A stretch of DNA of 64,000 bases from Epiperipatus broadwayi. Lineage: Eukaryota; Animalia; Onychophora. The DNA lies in NCBI GenBank assembly GCA_028023455.1, contig JAQFVV010000001.1, forward strand, positions 1,798,001 to 1,862,000, in the 5' to 3' direction. The position numbers and the translations under genes were made by a program. The stretch's first letter is position 1, and each line of letters begins with the position of its first letter. This document shows, one piece after another, positions 11,872 through 26,229 of the stretch. The notes under the pieces are model-generated. The model worked only from the letters and a program-made list of their open reading frames with translations. It was not told the DNA's origin and ran no database searches.

Positions 11872-14636
11872 GTATTTCTATAACTGTGTGTTTGCCACAG
11901 TTGATCACAGTTTACATTTTGTAAAGTATTTCATATCTATGTTAATACCTAGCCACCAAACATAACAGCATATCAGAGCTTTTACACTAGCTACACTAGG
12001 ATGATCGTGGTGAAGATTTTCTAATGTTTGAGGTCATCCATTGGATTGGGCTAGTACTTTATAGCCTAATATTATACAACCCTTAATAGTTGATATATCC
12101 ACTCCCATAAAGATTTGTATAGGTATGCAAGACATGTATTAGGACTTTCCTCTATAATCCAGTTCGTGTGTATACGGTATTCATTTGTTTTCTTTATCCA
12201 AGTAACAATAGTTTTACTTTTTCCCAATTTAGACTTCCAGTAGTCCAAATAATTTACTGCTACTTTGTTGTCCTTTTTTTCTGTTAGATCAGGTACACAT
12301 ACTAAAGCATCTGCATATTTATTTAGACTACCTTTCTGAAATTGGTCATAGTCATGTGTTGGTAATAAGTTGTAGCAGTACACCATTCATGAACATAAAT
12401 GATTTGGAAGCAGTTTTTTCATTTTCAAATACGCCCAATAATGGGTAGTAGGCAGTTTAATTTTTTTGGTCTACTGTAGATATGTTAGTGGAATTTCTTG
12501 ACAGCCATCATTATTACTATTGCCTCCTTGTCCAATTGGCAGTAGGGTTTTTTTTTTTTTGGCTTTTGACAAGGTCCACAACATAAAGGCTATCGAGTGT
12601 TCACTGCTCTTTGATAGATGACTGATTACCACTCCAATCCCATAGTCTGTTGCATATATAGTTAAGGTTATATCCAGATTATTATTAAAATGAATTAATA
12701 TACTGCTTAAAGTCAGTAGCATTTTGGTTTGTGAAAAATACTCTCTTGCAGCTCTTCCAACTTCAGGGTTGGTTTTTTTTTTTGAAGAAATTCTTATAAG
12801 GAAGTGTCCACATGAGCTTTACGTCTTGAAAACATTCACTAAATTTAAGAGAACCTATAATTCTTTTAACATTTCTGGATGTTTGTGCATTCATAATTGC
12901 CTTAATCTTTTGAGGATGAGACTTGATATCTGCACTAGAAATGTCATGGCCTAAAAACTTGATTTTCTTCAGTTTCCAAATGCATTTTTCTGTATTAAGT
13001 TTTGACTCCAATTTTTAAATAATTCACACACTATTTAATTTATTGTATAACTTTTTTTCTGAATTCACTATTATGAGTACATTATTGAAATATGGGATTC
13101 CCTACACCAATCTTCACTTGTAAAATATTGAGGTTGATGGTTATGCCAAAAGGAAGGCGCTTATAATTAAACAACTCTTTATGAGTTATAATAGTCAGAA
13201 ATACTGCTGTTTCTTTTACACTGGTATCTGAAAGAGTGCAGCATTTAAGTCAAGCTTTGTGAAAAATTTTGATACATCTAGAGTAACTAATATCTCACAT
13301 TTGGAATGTTGCAGTGGCTTTTAGTTACACCCTTATTTACTGTTATCCTATAGCCTCGGCATGTATGGATTTGACTGTTCTATTTTGATATTACCACAAT
13401 AGGTGCAAGTCCATTTGCATCTTCAGTAAGCATCAATATCCCTTTTTACACCAAAATCTCTTTAACTCTTGATCTCTGTGTGAATGATGTCTTTTTTGGC
13501 TTTCTAATTAATGAATGGACTTTATCTCTTTCTGAAGTTCTGTTTCAAGCATAGTATTTATTTTACATAGCTTAGCTCTGAATAATTTCAAAAAATTTAA
13601 CCTGTATTTTTTTTTTCCATTGTTAATATTATTTAGCATGTATATTTTAATATCTAACAGGTGAACCATTATCCATCCATTATAGGGCTATTACCCTTCA
13701 CTATATATAGATTTAGCTCTTCCTGATAGTTTTTTATTGCTACCATTATTTTAATCATATTTTCAAAATTTATAGAAATTTTCATTTGCATTTTTAGCTT
13801 TCAGTTCTGGTTTTTCTATTTTTTGATCGTCTTTAATCATTTTACTTAAACTCAGATCAGTCCCTCTGAGACATAGTAGACTTCTTAGCTCCATTGTTTA
13901 TCTCCATTTCAATTGGGCTATTACAAATGTGTACTTCTAACATTATTTGTTCACAATTATAAATTTGGTCTTATTGATTTTGGTATCGCATTCTGATTGC
14001 CTCGTATTTTCCTCTGTAGATTTTTTATTTATACTCTTTTATAATTTGATTGAAACTTTTGCTAGATAGCTGATCTTGCTACAGTTGTTGCACTTAGCTC
14101 CTTTCCAATTGCATACACCCCATAGTAACATTCAATTTTTATTTTTTGCAGTACTACAGAATATTGAAACACTTGGCATTACTTAATAGTAATTCATGGG
14201 CAGAGCCTCTTTTAATAGTTTCAGCGTATGTCAGGTTGGTGATGGCTAATAACTGTTGTTGAACTCTGTCATCAGCCATCCCACCACAAAACTTTAAGCA
14301 ATGCTTATTCCAGACAGTCTCCATAAGCAAAATTTTTTGTCACGGTCCTCAACACAGCATCATAATCTCTGCAACTTTCCCCTCTCATTTGGCATCTATT
14401 GCACTAATGCATGAGAATTTTGTATTTCGATAGCTCAAGACTAAAGGGACTTGACTATGTAAATATAAGATAATTTGTCAGGATTTTTTGTTCACACAAT
14501 TGGTTTGTGACCTGCATTATTCTAAGTCCTCTGAAAACTAGTAATGTGATAATTTTTGTCACGTAGTCCTCAATTTTATTAACAAAAAAATATTTATCTA
14601 TACATTTCATATAGATAGGCTATTCCAAGAAAGTGA

Positions 14637-14762
14637 TAACATTAAATTCATCTATTCCTAACTGTACTGTTGCTACATTATCAACCTCTTTTTACCTATT
14701 AACATTAAATTCACCTATTCCTAACTGTACTGTTGCTACATTATCAACCTCTTTTTACCTAT
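14637..14762. repeat. Tandem duplication, 2 x 63 bp, one mismatch
   Basis: taacattaaattca(t/c)ctattcctaactgtactgttgctacattatcaacctctttttacctat occurs twice. Confidence 0.95.
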
Positions 14763-14867
14763 TTAATTCTTATATGCTATTTGCACACAGTCTGTCTTCT
14801 ATTTTTCAATGCTTGTGCTCTGTGGTTTAGGATTGTGTCAGGTTTTAGTTCAACTATAATGCCAATT

Positions 14868-15079
14868 ATTGTGCTGTGTCCGAACTCCAAACAATCATGA
14901 CTATAAGCAAGACTATGAAACAAAAAAAATAAATAGAAGGATCCCCACACAATCAGTTTGATTAGATATTTAATTATTATACTAGATTGAATGCATAAAT
15001 TTCAGCACAGATAACTAATATTTATTGATAACTCCATACAATTTAAAACCTTTAGGCTTAACAAAATGTTGACAATACA
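14868..15079. repeat. Probable 5' LTR remnant of the Gypsy element
   Basis: Direct repeat of 10308-10541, on the gag side of the element. Confidence 0.55.
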
Positions 15080-15969
15080 TTTTATTTTATAATTTGCAAA
15101 CAATTTTAGTTAAAAATTAGCAAAAAAATTGTTTTTGATTTTATATGTAATATTAATGTTATACTAACAAAAACTGTTTTTGAGCATGGAGCAGCATGTT
15201 TGGAAATATTTTTAGTTGTACTTTCTATCAATTTTTATGGGCTTCTTATCAAGAAAGAGTTATAATTTAATATTTTAAAACTTATTCTTTATAGTTTTGC
15301 TTATATGAAAAAAAAATGTCAAAAACATTACTATAGTAATTCATAAATCAAATTCTCAAAGAATCTTGAAATAAACTTGCATTATTATCCACTTTCTTAT
15401 ATCAATATCAATCTATCCATCAGATAAAAAAGTGCTCTTTTTTTTTAAATCTGATATATAAATTGACATTGATACAAGAAAGCAGATGTAATCTGCAAGA
15501 TTATGAATTTATTTCTGGGCTTCTTAAAATCATGAGAATCTAATTTTGATTTATAATAAAATATAACTAAGACTATTTCTGAATATAAATGCATCATTTT
15601 TTTGTTTCAGAAGACTGAAGAATTTTTTTTTTTTTTAGTTTATACTAATAAAAAAAATTCTGTTTTATTTTCTGAAACTTGTATTGACTGCTAATAAATC
15701 TGATGTACTTTTTTTTTTTTTTTTACTGTTCATTTAGATATATTTATATACATGATAGTATTTAAGCATAGATGAAAGCTATCATATTTTATAGTACAGT
15801 TAAAAGTCCTTATATATTCAGAGAAGAGTTTTTATATCTTTTTTTTTTTTGGAGTACAAATGTTGTTTTGCTTGCTGATCTGCCATTAAAATTAGAAAAT
15901 CTTAAAAATTACTTTCCTTTTTTAAAAAAGATTTTTATTAAATTTAGTAACTAATAAATGTAATGATTT

Positions 15970-18370
15970 CTCAGAATAATGCACCTCTGGCTTCTGAAGG
16001 TGTAAATATTTCCCTACTTATTATGAGAAGGATGTTTGTATTGAATGTTTCTAGAGAAGATTTAAACAATTATGTGCAAGAAATGATGGCATCTGCTAAA
16101 ATAACAGATTTAGAAACGTCATTGGATTTTTTTTAAACATTAATCAAATATATTTAGAATGTGGCTATTGCATTACTTTAGTCTTATAGAGTTCAGTGAT
16201 TTAGATTTAATTACTGTTCTTAATGCAGATATTAAACTAGGAGAGACATGCGATTACTAAATGAAATAAGAATATATAACTATTTATTAAATTATTTATG
16301 TCAAATATTAATCCATATACACTTCTGCATTTATAGAAATAACTATTTTTAGACAATTTTGGATTTGTACATTCTTTAAACTTGTCAAGTAAATCAGAAG
16401 AGAAATTTACTAGATTATTTCTGATTATTAGTAATTTTCCTTGACAGAAAAAGAAAGTAGAATTATTCAGAAAGTTAGCTGAATATTTATTTTGTGATTT
16501 ACCGTAGTTATATCAAGTAAATCATCTCCCTTCACATTTAACATTTTCATTGTTTTACAATCTTCTTGAAGACTTTCTTTAACTTGTGTTTAAATGATAA
16601 AGTCATCAGTTTAGTCTATTTAATTTTACTAAATATTAATTTAATTTGTGTGTTTATTGATCATTCCAAAAATTCAAAATGACAATGACAGAATTTATAG
16701 TATGATCGAATATTAGCTCAAATTGTTGATAAAAAGATAGGATCAGATTTGGAAATAGAATTCTGATAACTGATAAATTTTAATGTGTAATTTTGGATGA
16801 CATTTCATAAGTTCTTAAATAAGGGAATAATATTTGGCTTCTGTAAAAATTAAAAATTGTAAAAGAGAATTTTTAACTCTAAATAATAAAATTATATTTA
16901 GGTGAAACATAATCATAAAAAGCAATGTAATTGGAAAATTTAATATGGACAATTTTTTGAAGAATTTCAATATTCAGAATTAAATCTGAATAATTTGATC
17001 AGCTTTTTAGAAAAAGGAGTGAATGTTAGAATAACTCGATTTAAATTGAAATTGCATTGCTCCAATGAATAATTTTCTGAAGATGAATATTTGATGTTCT
17101 TTAGATAATCATTGCATAAGATTTTCAAAGCATTGCATAAGAATATTCATGCTTAAAAATTAGAAAATGTTATCATAATCAAAAACTGAAATGGATTAGA
17201 AACAATTAGCATTTATATAAAATAAATAAAAAAATAGAAGATAGAGCTTGGATATTCAGCATTAAAAGATAATATGTAATCTACCATAATATGAATGAAA
17301 TACTTTGAAATAAAATTGGCTATTTATTCATTTGCTGACATCAAATAAGACTACATAAAAAATTTATTAAATAGTGCTCTATTAAAATTATGAATATTTC
17401 CAATTTCTCAGTTGAAGAACATTTTAAAATTATTTAATTCAAAAGATTACCCATAGAATTGTTATTATAAAAACCACATTACTTATCATTTAAAGTCGAT
17501 AATCATTCAAGATAAAAAAAATAATAATTTTTTATAATTTTAAATATAAAGAATAATTTGACAGTTGAGTACAGTATAAACAATTATACAATATCTGCAA
17601 ACAAATGCCAAGTTATTAAAAAAAAATACTGAAAAAATTTATCTATCAACAACTTTAAACATGACTATAAAGATTTAAGAAAAGATCTAACATTTTAAGC
17701 AGTGAAGATAAACATTATAAACTGTCACTTATATTTTATATATCGTCTGGATACAAACAGTAGCATGAATAAATATTAGGGATTTAATACACTCAGAAAA
17801 TAAATATAGAAAAGAGTAAAATATGGATGCTTAAGATATTAGAAAAGATAAATTATCTCATGGGAAAAGATTTATGACCAGAAATGTTATATCTTTCACA
17901 GTTACTATAACAGATATTAATAGTTTAAAGTTTATTCATTGTGCATTATGAAGAGGCAGATGATCTATTATAAAAAGGAACTTTATATTTTGTAATATAT
18001 ACCTTAATAAATCATTCACTTATAAATTAATAATTATATATTTTTAAAATATATATATAAAAAATTGAGCTAATAAAATATTTTCTTTCATCAAGAATTT
18101 TTATTGGCTGCTAAAATATTGGAATGAACATTAAATTATATGTTTATAAACTCATAACATGATTACTCATAGAATTAACATATTCCATATAATCATTTGA
18201 TCAAGAAAAAATCTATCTTTTTTTTTGTTCCAGTGTACTCTTATTCATAAATTCATGATGATTGGATGCCAAATAACATTTAATGAAAACCATAGTGCCT
18301 CATATTTCACATCATTTAATGTTAAATCTTTGTATGGATATAGAAATGCTTGGCTAATACTTGTAGATAT
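15970..18370 (+). mobile_element. Possible decayed Polinton/Maverick-type protein-primed PolB relic
   Basis: Collinear fragments resembling pPolB motifs: YEYF...RLPIE (about 17385-17460), NFKHDYKDLRKDL (about 17650-17690), WMLK (about 17825) and FNENHSASYFTSFNVKSLYGY (about 18280-18342; compare motif A, D(V/A)NSLYG). No intact ORF. Confidence 0.4.
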
Positions 18371-19968
18371 ATACATAAATATTATATAATACAGATAATT
18401 ATAGCATGTATATATAGTGTATAATACTATAATTTAATTTAAAAATTACATAATTTATAAAATAAATTAGTAAAATATGCAGTTATGAAAAAATAAAGTA
18501 TAAATTGAGATAGCATTGTTACACTCAAAATATATATATAGCTTTCTATCCTTGTTCTAAAAAAATCAACAATTATAATGAATTGCAAAAAATACAATAT
18601 CTATTTCACATATATAGTATTTGCCTGATAGCTGTAGCTGCTTGTGATCTCAATGATAGTATTTGCATTGTAAATTAGAAAATTAAAATTTCATTTATGT
18701 GGTCCCAAAGTGTAAAGTCTGCCAAATTTAAAAGAAGCCTTAAATGCTTATTTTTAAGTTCTTATCAATTTCTTAATTATACAATTTTTCATTATTTTAG
18801 GAAATGGTTCGATGTCAGTCTTTTCAATAATCCTTTGGTTCATGTAGACTCAAATATTTTCTGATACAATAGACTACTTTTACTAAAACATTATCTTTGT
18901 TAATATTCTCTATAGATTTAATGCTTAAAATCATTTCATTATTTCCTGTGACCACAATTTTTGCAGATTAAGGAAAATAATTCTAATAAGAATTTCTTTA
19001 TTATTATTATTACTGTTATGTGAATTGTTGATTTGTTCTTATTGAATGTCTGCCTACTTCAGTATCCAACTTATAATAAGCATTTGCTGTGATAGTAATA
19101 TGCATTGTAAATGAAAAAAACAATTTTTATTTAAAATTATCTCACAATACAAAATTAATGAATGATCTTTGAAATTCTAGCAAGTCATAAAAAGTCCAGA
19201 ATTGCTTTATTTTTAAGTTTATACAATTTCTGAATCTATATAGTCATCCCTTACTTACAGTAAATGTGTTAATGCTATTCTTTTCTGTAAATTTTTGCTT
19301 AACGTTTTTGCATTGTTTGGTAAAATAATAGAATGATAGTTTTGCAGATCAGTGTCTAAATCACAGCCCAGCTCTGTCACTTCCAATTCTCAGACCTCTT
19401 ATAAATTCCAGAGAAATAAACCATTTGATTATTTATTTATTTTTATTGTGTCATTGTATTTTGCTACAATATGTAACTATCTACTAGATCATTTTTTAAA
19501 ATTTATATTCTCCAATTACAAAATCCAATACCTTTTCAATCTTCACTTAATACTTATCACATATTATGGATGTAAGTTTAGTACTTTCAGAAATACAGCA
19601 GAAACTTCTTGATAATTTTACAAATGAAGTATTTGTTTTTATAAAATATACAGCCAGATTCAGCCTAAGGTTGTTGCTTTTTTTTCGGAATTAAATTAGT
19701 CATTACCTTTGCTTATACAATGGAATTATTTCACAGCTTTTAGGCTAGCAAAATTATTCCAATCAGTAACTTTATGCTTCATAGTTATTTTCTATGAACT
19801 TGAAAGTTTTTTAAAGATATATGTTTGACACCTGCCATAAGATTTCAAAAACATATCTTATTGAATCTAGAAGACTGAATAGTAAGATTTAGAGAAAATA
19901 TTCAGCAAATAATATGTGTTAAACCATGAAACATTACATGATCACATTCTTTATGCTTACACAAACTG

Positions 19969-20079
19969 TTTACACAAAAGCAAAACTCCATACAGTAGCA
20001 CAAACCTTCATGCATTCATTGATTACTCTGGCTTGTAATGAATGGTGCTACTACATGGAGAGTTTTGCCTCTGTGCAAA
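19969..20079. repeat. Short palindromic derivative of the 41.6/47.6-kb family, HHRs deleted
   Basis: Arms tttacacaaaagcaaaactccatacagtagcac and gtgctactacatggagagttttgcctctgtgcaaa. The interior gcattcattgattactctgg is identical to 48003-48022. Confidence 0.8.
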
Positions 20080-22719
20080 TAATATATGCGTGGATTTTAC
20101 AAATTTTTAATTTATATATAAATTTCAAATTTTTTGTTTTTATTTAATATGTTTTGAAATTGTGGATATGGAGAGACTATTGTATTCACATATATACCTG
20201 AATATTCAATTTTTTAAAAACATTTTTAAGCTATAAAGTATGCATACATAATATTAAAATAATGTAATTATGATATTTAAAAGAAAAATCTTTAAAATAA
20301 AAGGCCCTCAGATTTAGGTGTTAAACTTAAATGATTTACAATGTTGTCACTGCTTTAAATACATGAAAGGTAAGGACTTTATTATTAGAAATTGATAAAA
20401 ATTAAAAAAAAAAAAATTTAAATAAAAAGAAATTGATTTTTGACAACTAGAAAGTTTAATTTTTTATTTTTATTTTTTGAAAATTTATTTGCTATGATTT
20501 TAAAGGATTTCTTGTTTAATTAATTTAAAACTGAAATATGTCTACTGTAGTACAGTATTTCTACATGTAAGTTGCACTAGAACAATAAAATAAAAATTTA
20601 ACTCTTATCTTGACTCATTTAGTTTGAAAATGATTATTATATTTTTAAATTACTTTACCTATTAGTTTTTGTGTGAGATATCTTGAACATTCGAATCATA
20701 TGTATTATGTTTTATATAATTTTTCACCTATATAGATTTAAATTTATGATGAATGATTAAGTGTATTTTTCAATATAACATTCCTAAAATTGTTTAAAGT
20801 TATTTATTATGCCTGCATAGCATTATTAATTATAGCTCTACAAACTGAAAAAATTTTAGTGCTATAAGGCTTTATATATTTTACAATTATCTTTTTTTTT
20901 TTCCATAAAAATAAAATGATTAACATTTAGTCTAGTGATTTTGCAATTGATGATTGTAGAAGTACTTTACACCCAGTAATAGCCAGAATTTGGCTCAAAT
21001 ATTAGGAATTCTTTTTTTAAAATTGCTTTCACTTTGATTAGTTGGATTTTATTTATTATATGCAAACAAATTATTTTCACAGCTTTTATAATAAAAGCAT
21101 ATATTTGTTTGAAGATTATCAGCCTTACCATGTAAACAAATTTTGACAGAACCAACTAAAGTTTTTTTCTGTTGGATAAAACATTTGTAGATTTTCAATG
21201 TGAATATTGTTAATTATATGCAAACTGTGCAAACAATATTCCAATTTTTACCATGTGTGATGTAGGATTTTGGCATCAGTTTCTGTGATGAGATTGGAAA
21301 ATTCTTGTCATCCATTGTCAGCCAATGTACTATTTTACACTTTACATAGTCTTTGATGTATTTCTAACCTTTTAACACATTGTGTTCTCACCTGTAGTTT
21401 TATGGTGATTAGAAAAAAAGTCAGTTAGTGATGATGATTCACACTCACAAATGCTAATTACCAGTACTCAAAGAAAATGGTTTCTCTTTAAGGGATCAAG
21501 CCTCTATATTGTTTCCATAATTTAAGTTTTATTTTGTTTTATTTGTAAAAAGAATTTTGAACATATAATTTTAGGAAGAGTTAATATTAAAAAGACAGAA
21601 GAAAAGAAAAGAGTTCATTTTATGCTGAGTAAAGTATATAATTTAGTTTATTTCCTATTAAGATGTATATAATGCATATTTACTGAATTTATTAATATAT
21701 TTTCAAAGTTTAAAAATAAAATTTTCAACTCCCTTCCCCAAATAATAAAGTAGTAAAAATGTGACAAAAGATTTGATGCATTAATTGTATAAGTTTGTTA
21801 TTATAACACAAATGTTTTATTGTTTTTCAAAAACATAAATTAACTTAGATTTATTAGTCAAATTAAAAACTTCCTACTAAGACTGAAACTATTGACTGTG
21901 AATCAGTTATTTTGTTGATTTATAAATATGTAATTAGATGATATTTGTTATTGATTATGAAAAATTATTTGTTATAGTTCATAATTTACCATTTATTCAA
22001 TAGAAAATTTAAATATTATGTTAATTCTTTTAAGATGGAATGGGCTATCTTATTTCAGTTAAAACAGACTTTTATCTTTCATTTAATATCCCAACACTAC
22101 ATATTTGCTCTACAGTTTTTAAGTTAGTCACTTGGTTTTTTAAAGTATTTTATTTGTGTGTGTATATATATAATGGAGAGAGAATATATATATTTAATAA
22201 TTAGAATGGCATTTGTTTCTGTTAAAAAAGGAATAGATAGATAAATATCTATTAAATAGCTTACTAAAACCTTTTATAGAGAAACAACAAAGAAAAAAAA
22301 AGCATTTTTATAAGCTTTTTGAATGCCAAATAGTAATAGTTTGGGGTAATTTTCTATTTCTATTTTATCTTCTGGCTAAGAGTAACTATATATCCATTTT
22401 CTGACCAATATTGGATGATTATCTAGTCTGTTGTGGGCCAGCTATATGGAAGAAAAAATTTAAGCTTGATTGGAACCTGAAAAAAATGTTAAAATTTTTT
22501 TTACGGTAATTTAAATCTAGATTGTGGGCATGAAGAATGTTCTACTACTGCACTCTGATGACCATATTGATGATTAAAAGAAGCTTGTCTTTGAGAATAA
22601 ATATATCAAAGAATAAGTATATAATATAAATATGTATATTCTTGATATATACCTTTAAAAAGTTATTTATAAATGATTTTTATTTAATACTTTAAATGAG
22701 AAAATTTATTAAATTATTA

Positions 22720-22941
22720 AATTTGATCTACAAGTGTCAAATTTTCTGGCTCACATCTTTGTTTATGCTTAATTAATAATAATAAAAAACATTTTTTAAT
22801 TTGGTTTAAAGTTTATATGTAGGTTAGGAATATGATAATTTCTAACCTAATAAATGATTATTAGAATCACTAATGTATTTATCTAAAGTGAATGGCATCA
22901 AAGATTTAAGTGCAGGAAGTTTGACACTTGTAGATCAAATT
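22720..22941. mobile_element. MITE-like element with about 29-45 bp terminal inverted repeats
   Basis: aatttgatctacaagtgtcaaattttctg (22720) versus caggaagtttgacacttgtagatcaaatt (ends 22941). Confidence 0.7.
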
Positions 22942-25900
22942 GCAATAATTTTATATTGATAAATATTAATAAATGTTGAAGATATGTGTGAGATTTTCGA
23001 CTCTGACTAACTGAAAGATGATAGTTTGGCATCTAATGCATATTGAGGATTACCTATCTTTTTCAAATATTTTCATTCATATTTTTTAAGAACATGTAGT
23101 AAAATGGAAGTTTTAAGAATATTTTTTAAAAAATTAAATGCCTTTATGTATATATTAAAACAAATTGTTAAATTTAAGATAATAATATATCAAAGCTGTC
23201 GAAAAACATCATAAAGTACTATGTTATAGAATGCAGAAACATGTTATTGGATTCTAAGAAATATTAATGCATTCTAAGAAATAGATCTTATAACAATTGG
23301 CTATATTTTTCATTTGTTATAATGCCTAATGTAGCACAATTATAAAACATGATAAGAAAATGTTTAGTATAAAATTTTCACATGTACAAATAAGTGTAAA
23401 CAATTGATAATTAAAGTGATATACAAATCATAATTTTTAGATCAATGTTTTTTTGATAAATAATAATGAAATATTAATTCTATTGCAAGTTTCATTTATA
23501 AAAAAGAGATTAAAGAAAAATTTATTAATTTATAATTAATTTTAAGATAAGTAAAAATGTTTAAATACTAATAGTGACATTTAGTTTATGATCAATAGTT
23601 TGTGGCTTATGAATTTTTTTTATTTTTTAACATATTGATATAATAAAATTAAAAAATTAACATTGGTTTATTTTAAATCTGAAAAAAGATTTAACACAAG
23701 AGATTCAGTACCACAATAATTTGAAAATGTCCTATAGAATTTTTATTATTGTAACAAATTAGAAACAAATTAAAATTATATTAATTGATAGTACAAATTA
23801 CATTTAGAAGAATTATATTTTATTAATATTTTTATAGTATAATTATAATATTTTTAATTACAATTTTAATTTGCAAAAATATATTTAGATTTATCCTAAT
23901 TTTGGATCAAAATATTTTCTGAGTTGAAGCACTTTACACCAAATTTTCTGGGATTTTGCTTAATTCTTTCTAAAAGTGATTTTTTTCATTTCATTTTTAT
24001 CATTGAAATGTCATTAGAAATAAACTCTTTCACTGGTCATTAAAAAGTGTGTTAAATCATCAAAATATGGCACATTAAAACTTGAAAAAAAAAAAAACCA
24101 GGTTGTGAAATGTGAATTCAACAAAATTTTGCCTTTAATTAATTAAATTTAAAAATATTATTATATATTATCTCAAATGATGCTCAAAATACTTGATCAT
24201 AGCCATTTATTGCCTAGTTATTTTACCTGTCTTTAGGCAAAGAAGTTAATAATCATATATAGATATAAATTATTTATTCAATATTTAAAGAAAAATCTTG
24301 TTCTGCTAGATGCAATTACAAGCAGGCCAGATATTTTCATTACTAGTAAGACAGAGCAAACAAGTTATATTGCTTAATTAAATCAGAATATTTAATTGTA
24401 TTACTTTATTTTATGTTTTTTTAAATTTATTTATGGAATTTTAAGTTTATTTATTAAACTACAGATATATTCTAGTTAAAATATTTTTATCAGATTATTT
24501 ATTAAATCAAAATAAATTATTTAAGATGTTAATTCGTAATAGAACTGCTAAATTTTGAATTAAAGACTAGTAAGAAGTCACAAATGATGAGTCACTATTA
24601 TTGATAAAAATTTTTGTAAATACTGTATATATATTAATTGTTGAATTCACTATAGAGGGAGAGACTCAAAAATGTTAATGATTGAGATTCAACCTATCAT
24701 TTCTGGTGTTTGGATATCACATGACTTTTGAGCAACTAATTATTTAATTATTTTTTATTAAAATATTTTTCATTTACATTACAAAATATAGGTATGCATC
24801 GTGCATGTGTACATATTTTACATATTCAATAATCTTAACATTTATGATCTAAAATTGAAAATATATTTTTTTTACAGCAATAAAATAGACCAGTATATAT
24901 GCAGTATACATGATTTATTATATATATGTGGATATAAAAATGAAACAAAATGAATATTGATAAGATGAAGTACAAAAGTTAAAATCTAGTTTGCTAGGTT
25001 GTTGGGGTTTTTTTTGTTTTTTTTTTTTACTAGTATCAATAATTTTTTTTGACAGTTTTTTTCTAGATATATAGATTGAACAATAGAAATAATGAATTTT
25101 ATAAACATATATTGAAATGTACAATGAGATTGTAATAGAGATATAAACATAAACTTGGTAAAGAAATTCAGAAATAGAGATTTTAAATATTATCCATTAA
25201 GAGCTTGTTTGAGCTATTGGTACACTCTCTGTATTACATTTTTGTAAATACAAGCTTATAAAAGTAATGTCATATTATATATGACTTGCTTTTTTGATTA
25301 TTATGAAATAATTAAAACAAAATTGTGGATAAGGATTAGTATTGAAAAATAGTTAATTTAATATTTCAGGTAAGATAAGTGCAAACTACTTACTTATCCA
25401 AGAAATGGAACAAAATTTAGATAAATTCATTATACTTTGATTAAATTTCATAGAATAATAGAGAAGTTATTTTAATTTTAGTTGGGATTAAAATATTATT
25501 ATATAAGGCAAAGTTGATTATTTTATAATGGTTTGAATACTTCACACTACAAGAATTTGTACTAAGGATTGTGAGAAAAGTAGTAAAAAACTATTATTCA
25601 AGATTTTTTTCAATAAATGAATTGGCTTTCCAATTTAAAATGCATGAAAATAATAAAATTTTATACACATAAGAAATTAAGACCAAGAGAAAGTAAAAAC
25701 TTCCTGGATTAATATTTTAGGAAATATTATTTCATAACTACAGTTACCACAGTGCTAATTAATTTAAATATTTGGCAACTTCTATTCATAATCACTTTTT
25801 ATTTTTATTTTTAAAATAAAAGTTAACACTTAATTTGAAATTAGCATAGTTAAATTATATAACTCATTAATTTAAATGACAAACTATTTATTTAAGTTCT

Positions 25901-26229
25901 TTGAGTTTTTTGAATATGTACTTTATAATGAACATTTTTTACATATTGAAATCTAATGTTTATTAAATTCCATTCATTATTGAAATATCTATGAAAAAAA
26001 AAAATTTTTTTTCATGCTATTTTTAATGAGAGTCAGTTATCGTAATTGTGATCTCAGAAATCATGAGCTCTGTGCCTATATATATATGATATTTTTATTA
26101 GTAAGTCCAGCTTTCTCTATACCTTACAAAAGACTAGCTTCATACTATTTTTTAATGTTGTTTCTATATTCTATTATTTATTTATTTATTGTTTGTATTT
26201 TGTATAGTAGGAAAAATTAGCATTTTCAG

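Larger units (their letters stand above)
10300..15080 (-). mobile_element. Full-length but heavily decayed Ty3/Gypsy LTR retrotransposon (gag-pol, order RT-RH-IN)
   Basis: Minus strand: gag-like FCGGMADDRVQQQLLAITNLTYAETIK (about 14300-14210); RT KCIWKLKKIKFLGHDIS...PQKIKAI (ORF 13011-12763); RNase H YATDYGIGVVISH...IAF (12722-12471) and KYADAL; integrase zinc finger LENLHHDHPSV..VKAL..YVWW (about 12030-11950), IVNACSK and YHPLS..IAEK (about 11545-11510). Confidence 0.85.

Noticed and set aside
18797-18860. ttttag|gaaatggttcgatgtc candidate exon
   Set aside because: Short, no homology recognised and a poor donor.
20967-21020. IFEPNSGYYW resembling an OCRE repeat
   Set aside because: No polypyrimidine acceptor upstream, only a weak donor, an immediate stop and no second repeat.
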